From NCBI GenBank assembly GCA_963665325.3, contig OZ224045.1, positions 288,001 through 352,000 of the forward strand: DNA of 64,000 nt, read 5' to 3'. Below, one piece after another: positions 17,752-27,025 of this stretch (position 1 is its first letter; every line of letters begins with the position of its first letter). A program made the position numbers and the translations under genes. Origin of the DNA: Alphaproteobacteria bacterium (GTDB taxonomy: Bacteria; Pseudomonadota; Alphaproteobacteria; Bin95). The notes under the pieces are model-generated. The model did no database searches, was not told where the DNA came from, and saw only the letters and a list, made by a program, of their open reading frames with translations.

Positions 17752-18174
17752 ATGACGGTGTATGACAATCTGGTGACGCCCAAGATCCTGAATCGCGACT
17801 TCCTGCACACGCTCTACGATGCGGCCTATATGGAGTGCGAGCAGGACGGCGACGGGGACTCCGTGATTACCGAGAGCGGGCTGAAATGCATCGCGACGCT
17901 ACCGACCCACCAGGATGCCGTCCATCTCGCGATCCTCTTTCCATTGAAGGAGAATGTGCCACTCCAGGAAAAGCTGGAATGCGTCAATCGGATAAACGAC
18001 CGCTATATCATCACTCGCGCGGCCGTCACCAAGGACGCCACCCTTCTCCTCTGCGACTACTACATATATCTGAACGGCGGTGTGTCGCGAAAGGCGATCG
18101 TGCTGGGGACCAAGAAGTTCATCGAGGTAACGCGGGAGGCCGCCGAAGAATACGCGGCGGACATCATCGCATAG
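17752..18174 (+). CDS. YbjN-like (type III chaperone-fold) hypothetical protein
   Basis: 140 aa acidic protein with the DGDGD ... LECVNRIN.....RA pattern typical of YbjN; lower GC than flanks. Confidence 0.6.
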   Translation: MTVYDNLVTPKILNRDFLHTLYDAAYMECEQDGDGDSVITESGLKCIATLPTHQDAVHLAILFPLKENVPLQEKLECVNRINDRYIITRAAVTKDATLLLCDYYIYLNGGVSRKAIVLGTKKFIEVTREAAEEYAADIIA

Positions 18175-18198
18175 CGGTTTCAGGCGGACTGCAACAGC

Positions 18199-19293
18199 AT
18201 GGCTAGCGGAACCGAGGAAGCGGCCGCGGGAACAGTGCTCGTTTGCGGTGCACTCGGCACGGTCGGCCGGGCGATGGTGGAGCATTTCGATACGCTACCG
18301 GGCTGGCGGGTCGTCGGCCTGTCGCGGCGGTCACCGGATTTTCCGACCGGGGCAGAGTTCCGCGCTGTCGACTTGCGCGACCGGGCCGCTTGCGAAGCCG
18401 CGCTCTCCGACCTTCGCAACATCACCCATATCGTCTATGCCGCGGTGTACGAAAAAGCCGATGTGGCAAGTGGCTGGCGCGATCCCGACCATGCCGAGAC
18501 CAACCTCGCCATGCTCCGCAACGCGGTCGAGACCGCAGAGGCGTGCTCGCCCGGCCTCCGGCATGTCACGCTGTTGCAGGGGACCAAGGCATACGGCGCC
18601 CATCATGGGCCGTTCAAGACGCCTGCCAAAGAACGCGAGCCGCGCTATTGGGGGCCGAATTTCTACCATGACCAGGAAGACTGGTTGAGCCAACGGGCTG
18701 CCGGCGCCGGCTGGAGCTGGACAGCCCTGCGCCCGCAGGTCGTCTTCGGCGTCGCCATCGGCTCCAATATGAACGCGCTTGCCTGCGTGGCGGCGTATGC
18801 GGCGCTTTCGAAGGAACTGGGCATGCCGCTCCGTTTTCCCGGCGGCGAGCCGCGTATCCAGGAGGCGACCGATGCCCGGCTGCTGGCTCATGCCGCCGCA
18901 TGGGCCGGCCGGACACCTGCCGCCGGCGGCGAGGCGTTCAACATCGCGAATGGTGACTGCTATGTCTGGCACAATCTGTGGCCCCGCGTCGCCGAAGTCT
19001 TCGAGATGCCGATGGAGCAACCTTTCCCCTGCTCGCTGAGGCGGATCATGGCCGACAAGGGGCCGGTCTGGGATACCATGGTTGCACGCCACGGGTTGCG
19101 GTCCTACCGGCTGGAGCAAATTGTGCCGTCCTGGCAGTTTGCGGACTTCATCTTCGGTTACGGCCAGCGCCCTAATCCCGCTGTCGTCAGTACGGTCAAG
19201 GCGCGGCAATTCGGCTTCCAGGAGTGCATGGACACAGAGGATATGCTGGTGGCTCTCCTGCGGCAGTTTCGCCACGAGCGCATCGTGCCTTGA
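18199..19293 (+). CDS. Atypical SDR of the progesterone 5-beta-reductase/iridoid synthase (PRISE)-like family
   Basis: GALGTVG, GLSRR, LQGTKAYG, NFYHDQED, WSWTALRP, FNIANGD. Confidence 0.85.
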   Translation: MASGTEEAAAGTVLVCGALGTVGRAMVEHFDTLPGWRVVGLSRRSPDFPTGAEFRAVDLRDRAACEAALSDLRNITHIVYAAVYEKADVASGWRDPDHAETNLAMLRNAVETAEACSPGLRHVTLLQGTKAYGAHHGPFKTPAKEREPRYWGPNFYHDQEDWLSQRAAGAGWSWTALRPQVVFGVAIGSNMNALACVAAYAALSKELGMPLRFPGGEPRIQEATDARLLAHAAAWAGRTPAAGGEAFNIANGDCYVWHNLWPRVAEVFEMPMEQPFPCSLRRIMADKGPVWDTMVARHGLRSYRLEQIVPSWQFADFIFGYGQRPNPAVVSTVKARQFGFQECMDTEDMLVALLRQFRHERIVP

Positions 19294-19360
19294 GAGCCGC
19301 CGCCCGCCCGCCTAGGCTGTGAACGTCACCCGGAACCCTCCGTCAACAATGGAATCTCGC

Positions 19361-20539
19361 ATGCACACAAGAGGCAAAGCCTTTATTGCGGGTATCTTCG
19401 AACACCCCACCCGCAAGGCGGTCGACAAGTCGGTCGCCCAGCTCCACGCCGAGAGCGCAAGGGGTGCGCTGGAAGATGCCGGCCTTTCGATCGAGGACGT
19501 CGATGCGTATTACTGCGCCGGCGACGCGCCGGGCCTCGGCCCGCTGTCGATGATCGAATATATGGGCCTGAAGAACGTTCGCCACATGGACGCGACCGAA
19601 GTGGGCGGTTCATCCTATGTCGTCCATGTCGGCCATGCCGCACAGGCGATTGCGGCGGGCAAGTGCAAGGTCGCCCTCATCACGCTGGCGGGACGTCCGC
19701 GTGCGGATGGCATGGCCACAGGCACCGCGCCCCGCAACTATGGGGACGCTTCGCCCGACGTGCCCTTCGAGTTCATCTACGGCCCGACCGTGGTGAATAT
19801 GTATGCCATGGCCGCGCGCCGGCACATGCACGAGTTCGGCACCACCAGCGAGCAGTTGGCATGGATCAAGGTAGCCGCCTCGCAACACGCCCAGCACAAT
19901 GAGCACGCCGTGCTGCGCAACGTGGTGACGGTGGACGACGTAGTGAACTCGCCGATGATTGCGGACCCGCTTCACCGGCTCGATTGCTGCGTGATCTCGG
20001 ACGGCGGCGGCGCGTTCGTAGTGGTCGCGCCCGAGGTCGCGGCTTCTCTTGAACGCGATTGCGTCAAGGTACTCGGTTGCGGCGAAGCGCCGAAGAACCT
20101 GATGTCCGGCCAGGTGGACCTGACCTTCACGGGTGCGCGCTGGTCCGGCCCGCAGGCGTTCGAGGAAGCCGGCGTCGCGCCGGGCGACATCGACTATGCG
20201 TCGATCTACGACAGCTTCACCATCACGGTGCTGGAGACGATCGAGGACCTCGGTTTCTGCGAGAAGGGCAAGGGCGGGGCTTTCGTCTCGGACGGTAACC
20301 TCATCTCCGGCACGGGCAGCCTCCCCTTCAACACGGACGGCGGCGGCCTCTGCAACAACCACCCCATGAACCGGGGCGGGCTCACCAAGGTGTTAGAAGC
20401 CGTGCGCCAACTGCGGGGCGAAGCGCACCAGGCAGTGCAGGTGAAGGACTGCCGGCTGGCATTGGCGCACGGCACCGGCGGCTCCCTCGGCACCCGCATG
20501 GGCAGTTCCACAACGATCCTCGGGAGGGCCGACGCATGA
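19361..20539 (+). CDS. SCP-x/Ltp2-type thiolase-fold protein
   Basis: DCCVISDGGGA, IYDSFT, FNTDGGGLCNNHP, ALAHGTGG. Confidence 0.88.
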   Translation: MHTRGKAFIAGIFEHPTRKAVDKSVAQLHAESARGALEDAGLSIEDVDAYYCAGDAPGLGPLSMIEYMGLKNVRHMDATEVGGSSYVVHVGHAAQAIAAGKCKVALITLAGRPRADGMATGTAPRNYGDASPDVPFEFIYGPTVVNMYAMAARRHMHEFGTTSEQLAWIKVAASQHAQHNEHAVLRNVVTVDDVVNSPMIADPLHRLDCCVISDGGGAFVVVAPEVAASLERDCVKVLGCGEAPKNLMSGQVDLTFTGARWSGPQAFEEAGVAPGDIDYASIYDSFTITVLETIEDLGFCEKGKGGAFVSDGNLISGTGSLPFNTDGGGLCNNHPMNRGGLTKVLEAVRQLRGEAHQAVQVKDCRLALAHGTGGSLGTRMGSSTTILGRADA

Positions 20540-20922
20540 GCCCCCGCAAGATTCCGGCGCCGCCGGCCAGTGTCGAAAACCACGACTTCTGGGAGGCGTG
20601 CAACGAAGGCAGGCTCATGCTGCCCCGCTGCGGCGATACCGGACAGTTCTTCTGGTATCCGCGCAAGATCAGCCCTTTCACGCTCTCCGGCAATGTCGAG
20701 ACGGTCGAGGCCGCGGGGACGGGTGAAATCTATTCCTACTCGGTCATGCGCCGGGCCGATCCCCAATACGCGATCGGCTATGTGCGCCTGGACGAAGGGA
20801 TCACCATGATGACGAACTTCGTCGATTGCGACTTCGACAGCCTGGCCGTCGGCATGAAGGTCAAGCTTGCGTTCGTCGAGGCGGAAGGCGGCCAGAAGGT
20901 CCCCTGCTTCACACCCGCATAG
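20536..20922 (+). CDS. DUF35 (Zn-ribbon/OB-fold) protein
   Basis: FWEACNEGRL..RC, GEIYSYSV, YVRLDEG; ATGA overlap with the thiolase. Confidence 0.88.
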   Translation: MSPRKIPAPPASVENHDFWEACNEGRLMLPRCGDTGQFFWYPRKISPFTLSGNVETVEAAGTGEIYSYSVMRRADPQYAIGYVRLDEGITMMTNFVDCDFDSLAVGMKVKLAFVEAEGGQKVPCFTPA

Positions 20923-20926
20923 GGTC

Positions 20927-21769
20927 TCATGCCTGCTGGCAAGGAGTCCGGGAAACCGGCTCCGTGCCGGCGATGAACAGGCCCGCTTCATCGGCAAGGC
21001 GGACCGCCGACTCCCGGTCCACGACCAGCACGCCGCCCGCCTCGGCCGCAATTCCCCGAAGGCCGCCGGCGGTGGCGGCGGCGACCGTGGCCGGTCCAAT
21101 CACCGGCAAGTCCATGCGCCGATCCTGTTGCGGTTTGGCCATCTTGACCAGCACGCCTCCGGGGCCCTCGCGGCGCAGGCGGCCGGCGCGCGCGATCATC
21201 CGGTCGGTGCCCTCAGCCGCTTCTATCGCGAGCACGATCCCCTGCTGCACGACGACGGCCTGGCCGGCATCGGCTCGTCCGAGCGCTTCGGCGACCTCCA
21301 TACCGCGGCGGATGTCTTCGAGAGCCGTCTTGTCCGGGGCCAGTAATCCAAGCGGCCCGGGCTGCACCAGGGAGTCGCCAAGGATGGAAGACACCTCAAC
21401 CACCCTGAGCCCCTCGGCTTCAAATGCCTTGACTACATGACGCATCAGCCCGTCATCGCCCAGTGCCCTTGCACCAGTCCGGGCGAGCAGGCGGATCGTG
21501 TAGAGGTCCGGCCTGAGCGATGCGAAGGACGGCCGCCGGACATGGCCGGCGAATACCACCTCGGCCGCCTCCTCCTCGCGAATCGCCGCGACAACCCGCC
21601 CGACGGCGCCGATCCGGCCCCAACGGTGCGGATGGCCGCGCAGTGAATCCGCGTCGGCAAATCCCTTCAACGCGAGTACGAAATAAGGCCGTTCGCATGT
21701 TCGACAGGCCTCGGCCAGTGCGAGCGGCAGCGACCCTCCGCCGGCGACGATCGCAAGCTTATCCTGCAT
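20927..21769 (-). CDS. lpxI: UDP-2,3-diacylglucosamine pyrophosphatase LpxI
   Basis: LAIVAGGGSLP, GQAVVV, AIEAAEGTD, KPQQDRRMDLPVIG; position after lpxA. Confidence 0.93.
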   Translation of the reverse strand: MQDKLAIVAGGGSLPLALAEACRTCERPYFVLALKGFADADSLRGHPHRWGRIGAVGRVVAAIREEEAAEVVFAGHVRRPSFASLRPDLYTIRLLARTGARALGDDGLMRHVVKAFEAEGLRVVEVSSILGDSLVQPGPLGLLAPDKTALEDIRRGMEVAEALGRADAGQAVVVQQGIVLAIEAAEGTDRMIARAGRLRREGPGGVLVKMAKPQQDRRMDLPVIGPATVAAATAGGLRGIAAEAGGVLVVDRESAVRLADEAGLFIAGTEPVSRTPCQQA

Positions 21770-22568
21770 CCTCGGAACTTTCCGGCAGGCAGAGCCCTCG
21801 GTCCGACTCGGCGCTCATGAAGTCGACAATGCGGCGCACCATGGGATCGCCTCCATATTCGGCCGCAACGGCGTCTATACGCTCGCCGATAGCACCTTCA
21901 GCGTCGAACAGTTGCCGGAAGGCCTGGCGCATCAGCTTCAGCGTCTCTCGGCCGGTTCCGGCACGCTTCAGGCCGATCCAATTGAGGCCCCGCAATGTCG
22001 CACGGTCGCCGAACACCATCCCGTAGGGGATGACGTCCTGCACGACGGCGGAAAGCCCGCCGATCATTGCGTAGGTGCCGACCCGCACGAACTGGTGCAC
22101 CGCCGCCAGCCCGCCGATAATCGCGCCGTCCTCTATCGCGACATGGCCGCCCAGGGTGGCGTTGTTCGCGAAAACGCAATCGTTGCCCACCCGGCAGTCA
22201 TGCGCGATGTGCGCGCCCATCATGAACAAGTTCCGGTCGCCGACGACAGTGCGCATGCCTCCGCCTTTCGTGCCCGGGTTCATGGTGACATGCTCGCGGA
22301 TAATGTTTCCGGCGCCGATCTCGAGCGACGAGGGCTCGCCGGCATATTTCAGGTCCTGCGGCGGATGGCCGATCGATGCGAAGGGGAAGATCTGGGTCCC
22401 GGGACCGACATGCGTACGCCCCGCCAATACGACATGGGACTGCAGAACACAGCCATCGCCGAGGTGGACTTCCCCGCCTATGTGGCAGAACGGCCCGATC
22501 TTCACGTCTTCGCCGAGCGTCGCGCCTTCCTCGACAACGGCGTTCGGGTGTATGGAACGCCCCATCAT
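21759..22568 (-). CDS. lpxA: UDP-N-acetylglucosamine O-acyltransferase
   Basis: Hexapeptide repeats, PQDLKY, HIAHDC, HQFVRVG. Confidence 0.96.
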   Translation of the reverse strand: MMGRSIHPNAVVEEGATLGEDVKIGPFCHIGGEVHLGDGCVLQSHVVLAGRTHVGPGTQIFPFASIGHPPQDLKYAGEPSSLEIGAGNIIREHVTMNPGTKGGGMRTVVGDRNLFMMGAHIAHDCRVGNDCVFANNATLGGHVAIEDGAIIGGLAAVHQFVRVGTYAMIGGLSAVVQDVIPYGMVFGDRATLRGLNWIGLKRAGTGRETLKLMRQAFRQLFDAEGAIGERIDAVAAEYGGDPMVRRIVDFMSAESDRGLCLPESSEDAG

Positions 22569-23020
22569 AGTCCTTGGATCATTGCGCTGTACTCTGCCTC
22601 TGCCACCAGAATCCCATCGACCTTGGCTTCGCCGCGGAACCGCCACACAGCCCCCCGGTGGCGACGCACCGCAACTTCGACGCGTACCTGGTCGCCCGGC
22701 ACTACGGGCCGGCGGAAGCGCGCATTATCGATCGTCATGAAATAGACCAGCTTCCCCCGCACATGCTCACCCATCGTCTTCACAACAAGCACGGCCGCCG
22801 TCTGCGCCATCGCCTCGACGAGCAGGACGCCCGGCATGACCGCCTTGGACGGGAAATGCCCCTGGAAGTGCCTCTCGTTGATGGACACATTCTTTATGCC
22901 GACTGCGCTCTCTCCCAGTCGGATTTCAATTACGCGGTCGATCATCAGGAAGGGATAGCGATGCGGAATCGTCGCCATCACCTCGCCGATCTCCGCTATA
23001 TCGGCGTCGTCAATCGTCAT
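22565..23020 (-). CDS. fabZ: 3-hydroxyacyl-ACP dehydratase
   Basis: PHRYPFLMIDR, FQGHFP, MPGVLLVEAMAQ. Confidence 0.96.
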   Translation of the reverse strand: MTIDDADIAEIGEVMATIPHRYPFLMIDRVIEIRLGESAVGIKNVSINERHFQGHFPSKAVMPGVLLVEAMAQTAAVLVVKTMGEHVRGKLVYFMTIDNARFRRPVVPGDQVRVEVAVRRHRGAVWRFRGEAKVDGILVAEAEYSAMIQGL

Positions 23021-23055
23021 ATTCCCTCGCCGCAGGCTGCCGGGAGTTTCGCCGC

Positions 23056-23592
23056 CTATTGCGGCACTTCGATGGTTACACTCGGCAGGACCTCGTTCAA
23101 GCGTTCCAGGGCATCCTGGGTGAATTCCAGAGCCTTCTCGTCCGCCCAGACGAGAGCAGCCTTCTGGATTACGACATTCGCGCCGAATTTCCCGGCCAGA
23201 TCCCGGGAGACGCGCAGCAGCTGCACCTGCACCTTGCGCACCGCTTCGGACCGTGCACGGTCCAACGCAGTACGCTGGCGCTGGGCCTTGCTGCGCAGCT
23301 GTGCAAGCCTTTCGCGCAACTCCTGCACCTTTGCCTTGTAGGCTTCCTTGTTGAGCAAGCCGCGCTGATTCGTCAGCGCCTGGTCTTCCTGCCGCAAGCG
23401 CGCCTCTGCCGCCTTGAATTCGCTTCCGTAGCGGGCCCCGATGGCTTCCACCTGCCTGGCGATCTCGACCACAGCCTTGGCTTCGCGCATGATCCTGTTG
23501 GTATCGATGACGATGGCGACCGCCTGCGGCACAGCTGCCGAAACCGGCGCAGCACACAGGCACAGCAGAAACACCGCCGCCAGCTTCCGCAT
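23056..23592 (-). CDS. skp: OmpH/Skp periplasmic chaperone
   Basis: Signal peptide, IVIDTNRI, basic coiled coil; position after bamA. Confidence 0.85.
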   Translation of the reverse strand: MRKLAAVFLLCLCAAPVSAAVPQAVAIVIDTNRIMREAKAVVEIARQVEAIGARYGSEFKAAEARLRQEDQALTNQRGLLNKEAYKAKVQELRERLAQLRSKAQRQRTALDRARSEAVRKVQVQLLRVSRDLAGKFGANVVIQKAALVWADEKALEFTQDALERLNEVLPSVTIEVPQ

Positions 23593-25880
23593 CAGAACTG
23601 CGTCCCGATGCTGAACAGGATGGTTTCGTCCTTGTCGAAGTTCTCTTTCAACACTGGCCAAGCGAAATCGAGACGAAGCGGCCCGAGCGGCGTCGTCCAG
23701 GAAATGCCGAAACCCAGCGAGCCGCGGATCGAGGACTCGTCGTAAAACTGATCGCTTCTGAGGTCGGTGTCGATCCCCGTAAGCGTGCCGAACTCAGCGA
23801 AGAGCCTTGCCTGGAGTCCCAAGTCCTCGGAAGACAATCCAACGGGGAAGATCACTTCGGTGGTCGCCGTAGCAAGGTAATTTCCACCCAATGCGAATCC
23901 GGAAGCAGCGCCTCCCTTTCTTCTCGGGCCAACGCCGCCGGACTCGAACCCTCGTAAGGTCCTGCCGCCGAGGAAATAGCGGTCGGAAACTGTAATATCC
24001 TCGCCGAGACCGACGATAGCCCCTGCCCTCGCCGACAGCGCCAACGTTACCGACGGGCGCTTCGACACCGGGAAATATTGCGACGCCCTGACATCAGTGC
24101 GGAGGAAGCGTGCATCGCCCCCGAGACCCGCCAGATCGTTGCCGATGCTCAAAATCCTGCCGGTCGTCGGGTTGAACCGGTTGTCCCGCGTGTCGTATGC
24201 AACTTCGTGTCCGACTGCCGACAATAGCGTGTTGGAATCCTGACGACCCAGAAGACTTTGATTGTAATCCGTAACACGCCGGCTCAGGGTGTAGCGCCAA
24301 CGTTGAGTCCAGTCTTCGGAAAGCTTGTAGCCGACCCTCAGGCGACCTCCGATGACTTCCTCTTCGTCCTCCACCCTGTCATCGTATTCGGTTATGGTCC
24401 TGAACACATCCGCACCCACGGAAATCGGCTGGTCGCGGAAATAGGGTTCGGTGAACGACAGGTCGATCTGGTTCTGTTGCTCGGATAATGTCGTAGCCAA
24501 TGCCAGCTCCTGTCCTTTTCCAAGCAGATTACGCTCGGCAAGCCTGACGTTGAACAATACGCCGCTTTCACTGGAATAACCCGCCCCTATGGAAAATTCT
24601 CCGGTAGAGGTTTCTTCAACCTCTACCGTGACTCTCGCCCGATCCGAAGCACTTCCCGGTTCATTCGAAACATCGACCTTCTTGAAGTAACCGAGGTTTC
24701 GAACCCGGCGGGTCGCCCGAGCGATCTTCGAAGTGTTGAAGGCATCTCCTTCTACGATACCGAACTCACGCCGTATAACGCGGTCAAGAGTACGCAGATT
24801 TCCTTCTATATCGATGCGCTCGACATAGACTCTGGGTCCTTCATCTACAACAAATACGAGATCGACTTTCTGTTCCTTCCTTAGCGTCGTCGAGCGCGGC
24901 TGCACGTCTACGAATGCAAAGCCGTAAGTCCCTACCTCATCGACCAGATCATCCACCGTTTCGCGGACGAGGTTGTTGTCATAAATTTCTCCTGAGCGCG
25001 GTTTGAGAAGTGGCGACAGGCGAAAATCGGGGATATCCGTTAGCTGATTATCGAGCGAAATCGCGCCGAAGGTATATTGTGAGCCTTCTTCGACGGTGAA
25101 AGTCAGGATGAATCCGTCCCGATCCGGAGTGAGCTCGGCTACGGCGGACGGTACCCGGAAATCTACATAACCTTGCGAGAGATAAAACCTGCGCAGTAAT
25201 TCGCGGTCAAAGGCGACACGGTCCGGATCGTAAACATCGTCATTCGACAGAAACCGGTACCAGGCTTCCTCTTTGCTGCTGATCTCGCCTATCAGGGCGC
25301 TGTCGCTGAATTGCGTATTGCCGATGAAGACGATTTTCTCGATAAGCGTCTGGTCCCCTTCGACGATTTCAAAGGCTACGTCCACGCGATTTTGCGGAAA
25401 TTCGATCAGTTTGGCTTCGACGCTCGCTGCGAACCGGCCCGAACGACGGTACAATTCCAGAATGCGTTTGACGTCCCTTTCGGCTGCTGACCGCGTAAAT
25501 ATCTGCCGCGGTTTCAGCTGTACCTCCGGGCCCAGGGTTTCGTCGTCGATCCGTCGATTGCCCTCGAAGGCAATTCGGTTGACGATCGGATTTTCCACAA
25601 CCGTTACCACCAGTACATCGCCGCGCAGGTCAATGCTGACGTCCGCGAAATAGCCGGTCTCGAACAGGCTCTTGAGTGCATCGCTGATGCTGCGCGAGCC
25701 AAGGACGTCGCCGGGCCGCACCTGCATATAGGAACGGACGGTATCGGGATCCACGCGCTGCGCACCGACGACCTCTATATCGCGGACGGCGGTGCCGCTC
25801 TGGGTATTGGCAACTGCTGGCTGCAGCAGCACGGCGGCAACCAGTGCCCATGCGGCAAGCGCGGCTCGCCATTTGTCCAT
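23592..25880 (-). CDS. bamA: Outer membrane protein assembly factor BamA
   Basis: POTRA repeats, LRGF..GGVGPR, TPLGPLRLDFA, C-terminal FSIGTQF; alternative start at 25904. Confidence 0.96.
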   Translation of the reverse strand: MDKWRAALAAWALVAAVLLQPAVANTQSGTAVRDIEVVGAQRVDPDTVRSYMQVRPGDVLGSRSISDALKSLFETGYFADVSIDLRGDVLVVTVVENPIVNRIAFEGNRRIDDETLGPEVQLKPRQIFTRSAAERDVKRILELYRRSGRFAASVEAKLIEFPQNRVDVAFEIVEGDQTLIEKIVFIGNTQFSDSALIGEISSKEEAWYRFLSNDDVYDPDRVAFDRELLRRFYLSQGYVDFRVPSAVAELTPDRDGFILTFTVEEGSQYTFGAISLDNQLTDIPDFRLSPLLKPRSGEIYDNNLVRETVDDLVDEVGTYGFAFVDVQPRSTTLRKEQKVDLVFVVDEGPRVYVERIDIEGNLRTLDRVIRREFGIVEGDAFNTSKIARATRRVRNLGYFKKVDVSNEPGSASDRARVTVEVEETSTGEFSIGAGYSSESGVLFNVRLAERNLLGKGQELALATTLSEQQNQIDLSFTEPYFRDQPISVGADVFRTITEYDDRVEDEEEVIGGRLRVGYKLSEDWTQRWRYTLSRRVTDYNQSLLGRQDSNTLLSAVGHEVAYDTRDNRFNPTTGRILSIGNDLAGLGGDARFLRTDVRASQYFPVSKRPSVTLALSARAGAIVGLGEDITVSDRYFLGGRTLRGFESGGVGPRRKGGAASGFALGGNYLATATTEVIFPVGLSSEDLGLQARLFAEFGTLTGIDTDLRSDQFYDESSIRGSLGFGISWTTPLGPLRLDFAWPVLKENFDKDETILFSIGTQF

Positions 25881-25900
25881 GGAAACCCCCAGCGACAGCA

Positions 25901-27013
25901 TCAACCGACGACGCGTTCCAAGAACGCCACGACCTGAAAGTACACCAAGTCGTTCCAGGTTACGAACAACATCAATGCAACGACCATGCCCAGGCCGATC
26001 CTGAACCCGATCTCCTGCGCCTTCTGTCCGAGCGGGCGGCCCCTGATTGCCTCGATTGCATAGAAGACGAGATGCCCGCCGTCCAGAAGCGGAATGGGGA
26101 ACAGGTTGATGAGACCCAGATTGATCGACAGCAGGACCATGAAGTGCAGATAGGCCGAGAAGTCGATCTTCGCGACCTCGCCGGCAAGATGCCCGATGCG
26201 CAGCACGCCGCCCAGTTCATCTGTCGAGCGGCTTCCTTCGATCATTTCCCCGACAAAGGTCAGGATGGTGGCCGTCATGGTCCAAGTGTAGTCAACGGCC
26301 GCGACAAGCGCTTCTCCGGGACCGTGGCGGACCATCTCCGTCGCCCTGCCGCGCACGCCGAGCAGGCCGAACTCATGCACGTTGCCGAGACTGTCGGTCT
26401 CGCGGGCGACGCCGGGCGTAACCGTGAGCAGGGCTTCCGCGTCGCCGCGCATGAGCGTCGCGTCCAGCGGCCGGCCCGGGCTCAGGCGCACAATCCGCTG
26501 CAGGTCTTCGAATCGTGCAATCGTCTCGCCGTCCAGTTCGATGAACCGGTCTCCGGCCCGGATGCCGGCCGTTTCGGCAGCGCCGCCTTCCACGACCTCG
26601 GTGACAACCGGGCTGGTATGCCGCTGACCGTAAGTCATGAACATGAGGGCGGCGACGAGGATCGCGAACAGGAAATTCGCCGCCGGCCCGGCAACGACGA
26701 TGAAGGCCCGCTTCCCGAGGGATTTGTCCCCGAAGGCGACAGCACGCTCCTCCGGCGTCAGCGGCCGGGCGCCCGTCGTCTCTCCGGCGTCGCCAAACAT
26801 GCGCACATAGCCGCCAAGCGGGATGAGAGCGATCTTCCAGCGCGTTCCTGCGCTGTCGGTCCGGCCCCAGAGTTCCCGGCCGAAGCCGACCGAGAAGACC
26901 TCAACCCGTACTCCGCAGCGCCGCGCCGCCCAGTAGTGTCCGAACTCATGCACGAATACGAGCACGCTCAGAAGGAACAGGAACGGCGCCAGGTATTCCC
27001 AGAGAAAGCTCAA
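25901..27013 (-). CDS. rseP: RIP metalloprotease RseP
   Basis: HEFGH, PLGGYV, PDZ domain, NLFPIPLLDGGH. Confidence 0.95.
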   Translation of the reverse strand: MSFLWEYLAPFLFLLSVLVFVHEFGHYWAARRCGVRVEVFSVGFGRELWGRTDSAGTRWKIALIPLGGYVRMFGDAGETTGARPLTPEERAVAFGDKSLGKRAFIVVAGPAANFLFAILVAALMFMTYGQRHTSPVVTEVVEGGAAETAGIRAGDRFIELDGETIARFEDLQRIVRLSPGRPLDATLMRGDAEALLTVTPGVARETDSLGNVHEFGLLGVRGRATEMVRHGPGEALVAAVDYTWTMTATILTFVGEMIEGSRSTDELGGVLRIGHLAGEVAKIDFSAYLHFMVLLSINLGLINLFPIPLLDGGHLVFYAIEAIRGRPLGQKAQEIGFRIGLGMVVALMLFVTWNDLVYFQVVAFLERVVG

Positions 27014-27025
27014 CCGGCGACCTCC

